Below are positions 38,701 through 45,968 of a stretch of DNA of 64,000 bases, piece after piece. The DNA lies in assembly GCA_017557345.1 (NCBI GenBank), contig JAFYZR010000082.1:57315-121314 (forward strand). The letters are read 5' to 3'. This DNA comes from Paludibacteraceae bacterium (GTDB lineage: Bacteria > Bacteroidota > Bacteroidia > Bacteroidales > Paludibacteraceae). Position 1 is the stretch's first letter. Each line of letters begins with the position of its first letter. The translations under genes and the position numbers were made by a program. The notes under the pieces are model-generated. The model saw only the letters and a list, made by a program, of their open reading frames with translations, did not search any database and was not told where the DNA came from.

Positions 38701-41700
38701 AGAACCGGTAATTACTCTCACCTCAGATGCGCCTGCGAGCAATACCTATTCATTTAAGAGTGACAAAACTTACTATATGACCATGGAGTCAAGTAAGGTT
38801 TATTTCAAAAAAATCACCTTTGTAGATTTGTCGGGATCAGAAATTACACCGACTCTTTCGTGGGAAACAGACTTGTCCGGTGGTGTTGCTAAGGAAACAG
38901 GAGATGCGGATTTTACCCATACGGCAAGTACCACAAGTAATACGCTTGGTACAATAACGTATAGTTCTAGCAATACCGCTGTTGCGACAGTAAATGCCTC
39001 AACAGGAAAAGTTCACATAGTAGGTGCGGCAGGTTCCGCTGTAATAACCGCTACGTTATCTGCATCAGGTTGTTATTCGTCAGCTACTATATCGTACACT
39101 ATCAACGTAACCAGAGATTGTGACGATGTGGCTGGTACTATCGAAACTACTGATTTGGGTTGTGATATACAGATGACGGTAAGTGGACATACCACCAGTG
39201 GAGAAAGTGTAAGTTATCAATGGTACAAAGTAGGAAGCCCGGATGTTACAGTCGGCACAAATAGTTCGACATTCACCACTAATGTTCCGGGAGAGTACTA
39301 TGTGGTAGTAACCAATACCGGCAGCCGTCACTGTGCTATGGCTTCTACGAATACTATTGTAGTAGAAGAGCGCAGTGGATTTGAAATCTCCAAGATCATC
39401 GATTATTGGTACATTAAGAATGGTCGTCGTACGCCGGATATTGAGTTGGTGCAAACAAATAGTGCCGGAACTTTCACGGTTAAAGTAAACGGCTCTACTA
39501 TAGACAATATCGGCGGTTGCCATTTCTATCTCGGCGATGATGGCATTATCTATCTGAAAGGAACGCAAGATAATGGTGAGGCACCGAGTGGATTGACGGA
39601 TGGAGAGAATATAACCCTTCAGATTACTGTAAATCAGGAATGCGGAGATGGAACTTCATATGTTGAAATTGAAATTCGTTGTCAAGGCGCAACCACACGT
39701 CCGTCTATTGCATTCGTCGTAGATGGAGACAAAGGCGATGATTTTGCTGATGAGAATGAAGAGCACTCTGTGGAAACAGCACTATATAAATTCCTGGATT
39801 ATGGAGAAGATTTGAGCGGTGCTTTTGATTTGACGGGACAGAATATCTATAGCACAACCGACGAGAAACTTATTCGTGAGCATTACTCACAGTTTGATGC
39901 AGTGTTGGTAACAGATGATCCGAGTACTAAAGCAACTCCCAAAGGCATCAGTGGCGATGATGCATATAAGACTAAAGGCTATGTAAATGCTTTTGGCGCG
40001 TTGATAGACGTTCGTCCAATTTTGACGATGGAGGCATATGTGAGTGCGCTTGCTAACTGGGACTGCGTGAAAGGCGATCCTACTTCACCGAACCCACGTC
40101 AATACGAGATGCGTTTGCAATGTAAGAACCATGAGATATATGGCGGACTTCCTACACCTTCTTCGAGACCGGGAATATCTAATGTATGGGAGGAGATTAT
40201 TGATGGTGAAGAGTATCGTCATGTGATTATGGTGGATAGTACGTTGTCGCCGTACACAGGTATTGCTTATAATGTGCAAACTGGTGGCAATGAGAAACCA
40301 GCTCTGCAAGGATTTACGCTTGAGGCCATGGGTGAATTGTTAGGTCTGGGCGTAATCTCAGATGGTGCATTGCAAGCCGGAATCGAACGTCAACATGAGC
40401 CAGCAGCGCGTATGATGATTCTTGGAATCAATGCGAAGGCTCTTCCCCATGCGCTGACACCGGAAGGAAAGAAAGTGATTGAGAATGCCATCACTTATCT
40501 GCTGAAGACAAATATGGAAGATGTTGATGACTGCTCTAACTTCTTTGTAGGTGGCACGGACGGTCATGAGAAAGACTGGAGCACACTGACTAACTGGTCG
40601 AAGGGTTCGCTTCCTAGTAACGAAAGCAAAGTTCGTATTCTCGCTCCATGTGAAATAAGTAATGCTGTCGGGTATGTGGCACAGATAGAGATTGCTTCAT
40701 CCGGTTCAAGCAAGACCAGGTACATCTCCCGCGGGGATGCTACTTGTGATGGCAATCTGGTTATTGCAGCAGACGGAGCTCTTGTCGTAAATGGAAAAAT
40801 TTATAGTGCTGTAGCTCCGTATTTCAATAGTGCTAAATTAGCTCCGACTTCGCCAAGTGAATTAAAGATAGAGGCTAATAGTTTAAATACAGGTGCACTT
40901 ATCTTTGATAACTCGGATGGCAAGGCACAAGCAACAGTAGAGATGTACAGCGCTTCGTATTGGGAAGTTGTTGAGGGAAAGAAGAAGAAATGGTGGTCGT
41001 ATGTAGGCGTGCCCATTACGAACGTAGATATTCCGAATTATTTCTATCTCGGCTTTACTTATCTTTATGATGAGACGAGTGGTTGGATTAAGAAATGGGA
41101 TGGTTCGGTATTGCAACCGTTTGACGGTATCGGCCTTTCGATGCAGTCAGGACACAAAGAAACATTCTATGGAACATTAGCATCTACGGCGACTAAAGAA
41201 ATTTCTCTTACCAAGACGGCGGAAGCAGGTAATGGTGAGAACCTCATCGGTAACTCATGGATAGCGCCGATTCAGATAGCGAATTTCGAGACGGCAGATT
41301 TTGGCGGTGCAACGGCAACGGTATATGTTTATAATACCGGTAGAGATGATGTCTATCATAATCCCACATATGTTGCTGCGACGGAAGACAATGATGGTGC
41401 AGCAACAGCCGGTCAGTGGGTCGGTGTTCCTGTTAATGTCGCAGGTTTACCAGGTTATACTGGTCTAAAAGTTGTGCCAGCAATGAATGCTTTTCAGGTG
41501 AATACATCTTCCGAGGCAACCCTCACGCTGGATTATAATAAGCTGGTTCGTAAGAATGCCGTTACAAATGCGAATATCAATAATCCGCTCCGCGCTCCGC
41601 GCCGAACAGAAAGTGTTTCGGAAATAGAGGCATTAATGCGTGTTCGTGTAACCGGAGAATATACCCATACCGATGTATGGTTGTTGCAGGATGAGCAGTT

Positions 41701-42154
41701 TACCGATGAATTTGATAATGGTTGGGAAGCCAAATACCAAGATTGTGACAATCGATCGGCACAGATGTATGCAGAAAGTGAATTGGGTAGAATGGCATTC
41801 ATAGCGAAACCGAATATTGATGGAACAGTTCTCGGTTTTGCGCCTTCGCGCGATGGTCATGAGTACACATTCTCATTCTATTATTTAGGCGACGAAGCAT
41901 TATATCTAAATGATATGCAATTAGAGGTATCAACTTTGATTGACGCAGAGAATACATATACTTTTACATATAGTGAAGAGGATATGGCGGAACGTTTCAT
42001 TATCAGCCGACAAGCGTTTGGTGCACCGGCTGTCACCACCGGTAATGAGCGTATCAGCGATGATGCTAAACCCATCAAGTTCATCAAAGATGACCATATA
42101 TTCATTTTGGTGCGTGGCATCTTGTATGATATAACAGGTAAAGTAGTTAGATAA
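32750..42154 (+). CDS. Giant (3134 aa) multidomain cell-surface protein, probable T9SS cargo
   Basis: A single uninterrupted ORF. Signal-peptide-like KSRAHRCAQFAVTLLVMVVLSVGNMWG at residues 41-67, Ig-like modules, many Listeria-Bacteroides (InlB B / Flg_new) repeats, one FN3, one Big_2-like module, and a C-terminal beta-sandwich ending KFIKDDHIFILVRGILYDITGKVVR. Confidence 0.85.
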   Translation: MRHLLTQLKNQGYYLNGIKTWLSPTNNLLITYLSPTNHLLKSRAHRCAQFAVTLLVMVVLSVGNMWGETAVATTAGTYSFGSTNIGAANKFAEISTNSVFIYRWADNYSTSNSGIKAVSGNQSGFVFYTTSPMTLSATIYQNSKTAETVTIYVKSITSAFFQNLVDGTANSTTVSAPSFSDVGTFSVVGSTTKQEYSGTYGSTLSAGYYYVYARSTAGTCNTYHRSITLAAPSCPTLTVSRGGTADGTYTVGNDGGTLTCSATTGTITSYQWKQYSSGQGIGDTIDAVGSGATTASFTPHPLSAGTYYYLCRAKNACGDVAVTSTSGTFVFNAAGCPSYSFHTGGNDVKTNNTQSCFVQVGSSHEWQLTDYTIPADTKFFVGERGWWYNDNLGSNNSRSSAQTWADEMYLAMSFDSGDAAGSPKLGQATGATGTIRIYDNSDWNNLNAAFIPDGYVLKFGSSYGLFTEGPTNEFLSPLVTYNSTTAGYAVSVGVTDENDEYVSTANTQEMRHIFLKDNCGWSADGAKFAIYYWSGDSNGWCGFLQTVPGETNLYEGWIPASYTNLKFVRFSSSKTAVGSWDDKWNETSDLSVTSSQNYFTMSSFSSGSWSAYQKKGKFRINANYKDKNWFVRFIPNYILTYDKNDVGASGTMEEQGVAVDAVSKNVTVLANGFTAPAGYHFDTWKTAPSSGTSYAAGSTYNLTADATLYAQWAPTTYTITLAAGDHGAANQSATVVYDATALSSITHVTAAASSPHQYYDLTGYYDGETKVLNIDGTFAATNVTGYITDGKWSKADDCTLTAKWTGKVYSITYKENDNSTVIGGLSPSSYTYGVGAVLPTPTKSGYTFESWYLAWCVFEEGGSGNGFVDGCKKTALSASDHGSATYLARWYQTVTLDKNGGDADGAVVAWCNESGTTSLSAPTRAGYSVEGYYAEAGCTNKVMTDAGVLVDYSGYVSSGKWIHSGATTLYAKWTKESGCIKWSGTPSSWTAGKITINSLVLEASATAPDINTSSNNQVWSGHTETVMALQSNGVYVQGHFSNGSEINTLTISAANNNGTAGTDKKYLVLFCANSSFSSGVTGQLHAAPSYKDAQNDTKLIHEFTAPAGTKYFRIYRKLNEDVGNYKNGGDTIGDGQTTRIYGIEVCPVPVYEVTYKANGGTGEDMVDDDAKTIAENTFTRSGYAFMGWNTASDGSGTPYAVGTTVTEDLTLFAQWEKAYTITLDNQSADLIAGTASISVIYNHNDNLLARMDPPIKSGYYFGGYYTETGGAGVKVINESGDVLASATGYTDASRNWVYDGNKTLYAKWTALTVSLTISPASINPHSSTPVTFTITTNAPSSAVDPPYYFAIYNLGNPAHITGYLNGDHPVSDGSTTVAIDKDFGLWSTQAVILWKSQILATSAAQTLTVECTTPDVPDGLTAGSITTNSVTFTITDDNTPESYDIYYSTNSTAPTPGTAATTTTPGNTKEKSVTGLESSTTYYAWVRAVCDASHKSSWVALTGSSFTTEAPPTYSVTYNDHRLSLDGVDEAPVIDEAGGTVPTDANSYLEGATVSVLGNTGDLTFIIDGAEATFRGWTNNSLGYSNPYYTAGSTFAMPASNVTLYAVWSFPIEYYLNGGTINDVSYDTYYIYTNNIDNSGIMTATLPTNVTKVGYTFEGWYHKSDFSDVRRYGVEGYWYGEYEAFAKWTENLYDITYDSNGGSGSMSNTHGHYVTIANNNFTNSGYIFNGWNTAADGSGISYDAGEEIELTANLTLYAQWKLDYIITWGNVQIGGAGATITPNLGGGNYTITVNTGVWSGSLTADMLSASAGVTITNVTVDNSGSPKTATLTFSVGADVVGSTITLTIDVPAHGDYSAKTSDHVISIDRCEGVATVWDFTTNTFLKGGSWSTSAGAENKAYATDGSTILKYYAGGGGDVWSSSNAQLQTQGTTATSTGTSKKQITQKYFQFPTLSGKGKISVTYGTNKSTLKIYEATSTNIYGLEPVITLTSDAPASNTYSFKSDKTYYMTMESSKVYFKKITFVDLSGSEITPTLSWETDLSGGVAKETGDADFTHTASTTSNTLGTITYSSSNTAVATVNASTGKVHIVGAAGSAVITATLSASGCYSSATISYTINVTRDCDDVAGTIETTDLGCDIQMTVSGHTTSGESVSYQWYKVGSPDVTVGTNSSTFTTNVPGEYYVVVTNTGSRHCAMASTNTIVVEERSGFEISKIIDYWYIKNGRRTPDIELVQTNSAGTFTVKVNGSTIDNIGGCHFYLGDDGIIYLKGTQDNGEAPSGLTDGENITLQITVNQECGDGTSYVEIEIRCQGATTRPSIAFVVDGDKGDDFADENEEHSVETALYKFLDYGEDLSGAFDLTGQNIYSTTDEKLIREHYSQFDAVLVTDDPSTKATPKGISGDDAYKTKGYVNAFGALIDVRPILTMEAYVSALANWDCVKGDPTSPNPRQYEMRLQCKNHEIYGGLPTPSSRPGISNVWEEIIDGEEYRHVIMVDSTLSPYTGIAYNVQTGGNEKPALQGFTLEAMGELLGLGVISDGALQAGIERQHEPAARMMILGINAKALPHALTPEGKKVIENAITYLLKTNMEDVDDCSNFFVGGTDGHEKDWSTLTNWSKGSLPSNESKVRILAPCEISNAVGYVAQIEIASSGSSKTRYISRGDATCDGNLVIAADGALVVNGKIYSAVAPYFNSAKLAPTSPSELKIEANSLNTGALIFDNSDGKAQATVEMYSASYWEVVEGKKKKWWSYVGVPITNVDIPNYFYLGFTYLYDETSGWIKKWDGSVLQPFDGIGLSMQSGHKETFYGTLASTATKEISLTKTAEAGNGENLIGNSWIAPIQIANFETADFGGATATVYVYNTGRDDVYHNPTYVAATEDNDGAATAGQWVGVPVNVAGLPGYTGLKVVPAMNAFQVNTSSEATLTLDYNKLVRKNAVTNANINNPLRAPRRTESVSEIEALMRVRVTGEYTHTDVWLLQDEQFTDEFDNGWEAKYQDCDNRSAQMYAESELGRMAFIAKPNIDGTVLGFAPSRDGHEYTFSFYYLGDEALYLNDMQLEVSTLIDAENTYTFTYSEEDMAERFIISRQAFGAPAVTTGNERISDDAKPIKFIKDDHIFILVRGILYDITGKVVR
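32819..32873. repeat. 11-bp phased tandem array B (CCTACTAATAA-type units) inside the 5' end of the giant ORF
   Basis: The CCTACT core starts at 32819, 32830, 32841, 32852 and 32863, an exact 11-bp period. It encodes PTNNLLITYLSPTNHLLKS. Confidence 0.85.
34658..35674 (+). other. Block of Listeria-Bacteroides (Flg_new/InlB B) repeats, residues ~637-975
   Basis: Recurrent Y(T/S)ITxxxxGG...P(T)R/KxGYxFxGWY...TLYA(Q/K)W pattern. Confidence 0.7.
36197..36679 (+). other. Second block of Flg_new-type repeats, residues ~1150-1310
   Basis: YEVTYKANGGTGEDM...TRSGYAFMGWNT...LTLFAQW, then YTITLDNQ...KSGYYFGGYY...KTLYAKW. Confidence 0.7.
36983..37273 (+). other. Fibronectin type III-like domain, residues ~1412-1508
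   Basis: PDVPDGLTAGSITTNSVTFTITDD...YDIYYS...VTGLESSTTYYAWVRAVC. Confidence 0.65.
37283..38035 (+). other. Third block of Flg_new-type repeats, residues ~1512-1762
   Basis: YSVTYND...FRGWTN...VTLYAVW; YYLNGG...VGYTFEGWY...AFAKW; YDITYDSNGGSG...NSGYIFNGWNT...LTLYAQW. Confidence 0.7.
38846..39112 (+). other. Big_2-like bacterial Ig domain
   Basis: ITYSSSNTAVATVNASTGKVHIVGAAGSAVITATL. Confidence 0.6.
41912..42151 (+). other. Putative T9SS C-terminal sorting domain
   Basis: The last ~80 residues are beta-rich and end ...FIKDDHIFILVRGILYDITGKVVR, like Por_Secre_tail/DUF6383-type termini. Confidence 0.55.
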
Positions 42155-44022
42155 TGGCAAAAGGTCATAGGTTAGTTGTTGCAGGAATATTGATTGTGCT
42201 GCCGGTGCTTTTTGGCGCTTGGCAGGCACAAGCTGTGACCTATAAGAGCACTTATAGCGGCGCTACCTATCGTCCAACTTCATCTGTCAACTATCAAGTT
42301 GCATTTCCAATAGACCCGTTCCAATCTACCAGTATGTACTCAAGTCAATGGCAGGAACAGCCATCAATGCTCAATACCGATGGCTCCGTGAATGCCGAGG
42401 CATATATGAACGGAAGTAGGAGTGCGATCAGCCCGAGGCGTATTATCAATCCTGATGATGACGACGATGATAACCAGGAGAATGGTACGCCTATTGGTGA
42501 TACATTATTACCATTGCTATTATTTGGAATGGTGTATATCTTCATTCGTAATAGAAAACGGAAGCAAACCTATCGTGTTCATAACGGGATTATATGTGTA
42601 TTTATAGCACTTACAAGTATCTTAATGGTGTTCTGTCAGCCACAAGGAGAAAAAGTGCGTTATAGTCAAGAACTGATTAACGCCAGGATGACGGCATGGC
42701 ATAATAAAGATGCTGATGTGGGATTTCCAAATGCGAACAGCACGAACGGCATAACAAAACCTGAACATTTTGCTACCTGGGATTATGTCCCTGGTGTTGT
42801 AGCCAAGGGCATTCTCGATGTATGGGCGTATTATCAAGATTCCGCATGGGCAGATGCATGGTATAAAGGGTTAGAGCAATGGGCGCTACAGTTTAAAGGG
42901 GAAAGTTTAGAGTTTAGAGGAGGGATTCTGGATGATTTGAACTGCTTAAAGGTATTCCTCGGATTATACGAAGGAGCTAAGCCCGGTGGCCGATTCGAGA
43001 ATGCAGAGCATGCCGAATTTTATATGGAGCAAATGCGCAAGGGCGCACAAGCACTAGCGGAACATAAAGAAAGATACTCGATTAGGGAGTTGGGGAATGA
43101 GCGAATAGCGGTGGAAGGCGGTTGGATGCATAAAGCGACAGATGACCCATCAAAAAGTTATTGGGGACAGATGTGGTGCGATGGCGCGTATATGGGTCCT
43201 GCTTTATTGGCTCAATTATTGCGTGTGGGAGCATGTGAAGGAACCGGTTTAGGATGGAATGATGTCTATACTCAGTTTCATGCTTCGTGGCCATATCTAT
43301 GGGATGAAGAGAAGAAATTGCTATATCATGTGTTGTTTACGGATGTGGAAGTGAATGAAAACGCCCGTGCTATCTATGAGAAAGGCCATGCCTATTTATG
43401 TAAGGAGGGCGGTGTATATCATTCCGAGGAATATTGGGGTCGTGCAGCGGGATGGTATATATTGGCTTTAGTTGATGTGATGGAGGCATATGTGGCCAAT
43501 CTTCTTCCAGGCGAAGAACCGGGTGCTAATTTTGATATTCTACGGGATTATTTGACTCAATTATCAGATGGTTTAGTCGCACGCCAAGACCCTAAGACAG
43601 GTTGTTGGTACCAGTTATTGGCATACGACAGTACCAAATGTGCCACACAAGGAGTAGATGATACAGGTTCAGAAAGATACAGCAATGTGGAGGCAGGAGG
43701 AACACAGTGCAATTACTTAGAATCTTCCGCATCCTGTCTAATCACAGCAGCATTGTTGAAAGGTTCACGTTTGGGATTTATCGACCAGATGGATGCAGGA
43801 AAACGAGGATACGAAGGCATTCTAAAGCAATTCGTTCGCGGAGAGAAAGGTAACTACAATCTAATTCATAGTTGTCAGTCAGCAGGATTGAGCTATGACC
43901 GCAACGGCACCGCTGCGTATTATCTGATAGGCAAGGATGTGCGAATTCAGGATGATACGGAAGGCAAAGTGTTAGGCGCCTTTTTGATGGCGGCCGTAGA
44001 ATATGAAAGAGCCTGTCATTGA
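42154..44022 (+). CDS. Chimeric ORF: signal peptide + ~100-aa region + TM/basic anchor, fused in frame to a GH88/GH105-type unsaturated glycuronyl hydrolase
   Basis: The ATG overlaps the giant gene's stop (TAATG at 42152-42156). Residues 1-140 end NGTPIGDTLLPLLLFGMVYIFIRNRKRK. Next comes a lipoprotein-like IICVFIALTSILMVFCQ segment. The remainder has WDYVPGVV, WCDGAYMGP and GRAAGWY, typical of GH88/105. Confidence 0.65.
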   Translation: MAKGHRLVVAGILIVLPVLFGAWQAQAVTYKSTYSGATYRPTSSVNYQVAFPIDPFQSTSMYSSQWQEQPSMLNTDGSVNAEAYMNGSRSAISPRRIINPDDDDDDNQENGTPIGDTLLPLLLFGMVYIFIRNRKRKQTYRVHNGIICVFIALTSILMVFCQPQGEKVRYSQELINARMTAWHNKDADVGFPNANSTNGITKPEHFATWDYVPGVVAKGILDVWAYYQDSAWADAWYKGLEQWALQFKGESLEFRGGILDDLNCLKVFLGLYEGAKPGGRFENAEHAEFYMEQMRKGAQALAEHKERYSIRELGNERIAVEGGWMHKATDDPSKSYWGQMWCDGAYMGPALLAQLLRVGACEGTGLGWNDVYTQFHASWPYLWDEEKKLLYHVLFTDVEVNENARAIYEKGHAYLCKEGGVYHSEEYWGRAAGWYILALVDVMEAYVANLLPGEEPGANFDILRDYLTQLSDGLVARQDPKTGCWYQLLAYDSTKCATQGVDDTGSERYSNVEAGGTQCNYLESSASCLITAALLKGSRLGFIDQMDAGKRGYEGILKQFVRGEKGNYNLIHSCQSAGLSYDRNGTAAYYLIGKDVRIQDDTEGKVLGAFLMAAVEYERACH

Positions 44023-44038
44023 GACAGGCCTTTTCTTT
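44011..44038. terminator. Hairpin terminator between the convergent genes
   Basis: gcctgtc-attga-gacaggc followed by cttttcttt. The stop TGA sits in the loop. Confidence 0.6.
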
Positions 44039-45968
44039 AGAATCTGAAGGTTATTCCAGCGAGGAAATTGATGCCTTGCGAGCGATAACCATAATAAATC
44101 TCATTCTTGCGATGCAACCAGTTATTGAGTTGGAAGAAGAAGGAGAGATTTGGTTCCGGTTCCGGACGTAGCGTTAGTTCATTTGTGATTGGTGATTGGC
44201 GATTATTTTTCTTACCTACCAACATGCAATACTCGACGCCTGCATTGAGGTCAATAGTGGGTCGTAGCACATGCTCGCCATCAGTAGCCAATGCCAGCCG
44301 ATCGCCAACGAAATAATTATCCGAATAAACGGACCAATGCTTGTTAATACGTCCGTCAATGCGCAAGCCTACTTTCCAATTCGGCCGGTCATAGACCTTA
44401 TTGCTCTGTGCGAGATTCGTCACAGCCACATCTTCTCCGACAAAGGTATAACGGGTCTGCTCATGCTCAAAATTCTGCCAGAAGAAATAATCGCCATGCA
44501 GATTGATGCGTAACTTATCCTGCAGATGGTAATTAATCTGTCCACCCACCTTTCCGCAACCATAATTGCTATAGGTATAGGCAAAATCACCCGCCAAGAG
44601 TGCCACCGAGCCAGGCACTGCATTATAAGTGGTTGTATTCACTGTGTTGGCAATGAGCGTCAGTTTGTCGAACTCATATGAGTATCCTCCGTGAATCTCG
44701 AAGAGTAAGTCACGATAAGGGCGAATATGGAATCCGAGTTCAGCATCCACTGGTTTATACGAACACGGGTGATGTGAGATAATACCGGCATGTATGATAC
44801 GATAACGGTTATTCTCCATGAAGTTCTGCAGACTTCCAAAGCCGTGCGAGCCGAGCACATCAGCATAGATAGTGAGCCATTGTTTGGCAATTTGCGCCTC
44901 CATGTTGATATGCGGTGAAGGAGCAAAAGTGATGTTCTCTGTAGCAGAACACATATTTTGCCCACGACCGATATTCATGTCGAGATTCACGCCTACGTGC
45001 ACGCGCACACGCTTTCCTCTATATTCATAGTATGGCTCCAATCGGAAATTATGGCGACTATTATAGAGCGAATCAGGAATGACGTCCGCCAAACTATTGA
45101 GTTGCATAAAGTTATTCTGCAAGTAGAAGTTCGCTCCCACATGATGTTCGCTGGAAGTCCAATCGACCATCGCTCGTGTACGTATTTGGTGCTCTGCTAC
45201 CGCTCCCACTTTAGCAAATAACATATATCCCGTTTGAACGAGATATTGTACGTCCTCTTTAGGATTGGATTTTACACCAACAAATGCCTCTGCAGTCCAG
45301 AGCGAGGTGCGATGTTCATCGGTGAAGTCCTGTCGATTGGCATAAGCCACTCTATTTTTCTCCCACATGCCGAAATCACGATGCGGATCAGTCGTCGAGA
45401 AATGAGCATAATCGTAGAAATGGCCGTATTTATGATAGTAAATATTCCCACCATTCACGCCGAAGAAAACCGTACACGTGGAGAAAGGATGTTGGAAATT
45501 CATGCCGAGAGTAGAACGGCTGAGCGTTGCCAATCCCCATTGCGCCTTATGATGCGCATAGATATCGAGTATGGATTTCTTTCCGTCATCAAGATGATAT
45601 CCGAAGTCGAATAGTGAGTTTGGATGTCCGACCGCCCCGCGGATATAACCATGGTACTCCTGTGCTGGTTCAAAGCGCGTAGGTTGTGAGAGAAGCGAAT
45701 GGAAGGTATTTCCGGGTGCTACATCCGCCGTATATTCGGAATACTCAATCGGTGCCGGGTCAATAGTTGTTTCCACTACGGCAGGCTTCGTTGCAATCTT
45801 ACCAGCATCCTCAATAACCGGCTGAAAATCCCGCTCTACCGTCACGCTGCGGTTCAAGTCATCCTCATCTTGTGCGAAGGCAGGAGTAAAGAATAAGGAA
45901 TAAAGAATAAAGACAGAAATGTATCTGTAGATACCGAAAAGGTCTAAACTATTAATCTTCTTCATCAT
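44037..45968 (-). CDS. Outer-membrane beta-barrel protein, hypothetical
   Basis: Signal peptide ending FTPAFAQ, alternating aromatic beta-strand pattern, C-terminal ...GITFRF. Overlaps the upstream TPR gene by 17 nt. Confidence 0.5.
   Translation of the reverse strand: MMKKINSLDLFGIYRYISVFILYSLFFTPAFAQDEDDLNRSVTVERDFQPVIEDAGKIATKPAVVETTIDPAPIEYSEYTADVAPGNTFHSLLSQPTRFEPAQEYHGYIRGAVGHPNSLFDFGYHLDDGKKSILDIYAHHKAQWGLATLSRSTLGMNFQHPFSTCTVFFGVNGGNIYYHKYGHFYDYAHFSTTDPHRDFGMWEKNRVAYANRQDFTDEHRTSLWTAEAFVGVKSNPKEDVQYLVQTGYMLFAKVGAVAEHQIRTRAMVDWTSSEHHVGANFYLQNNFMQLNSLADVIPDSLYNSRHNFRLEPYYEYRGKRVRVHVGVNLDMNIGRGQNMCSATENITFAPSPHINMEAQIAKQWLTIYADVLGSHGFGSLQNFMENNRYRIIHAGIISHHPCSYKPVDAELGFHIRPYRDLLFEIHGGYSYEFDKLTLIANTVNTTTYNAVPGSVALLAGDFAYTYSNYGCGKVGGQINYHLQDKLRINLHGDYFFWQNFEHEQTRYTFVGEDVAVTNLAQSNKVYDRPNWKVGLRIDGRINKHWSVYSDNYFVGDRLALATDGEHVLRPTIDLNAGVEYCMLVGKKNNRQSPITNELTLRPEPEPNLSFFFQLNNWLHRKNEIYYGYRSQGINFLAGITFRF

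Noticed and set aside
33246-42229. About 20 short ORFs in other frames within the giant gene
   Set aside because: All are nested in or antisense to a 9.4-kb uninterrupted ORF with recognisable repeat domains.
42541-42650. Independent start codon for the GH88/105 part
   Set aside because: There is no ATG, GTG or TTG in frame ahead of the lipoprotein-like signal segment, so I could not split the ORF. It is reported as a fusion to be verified.
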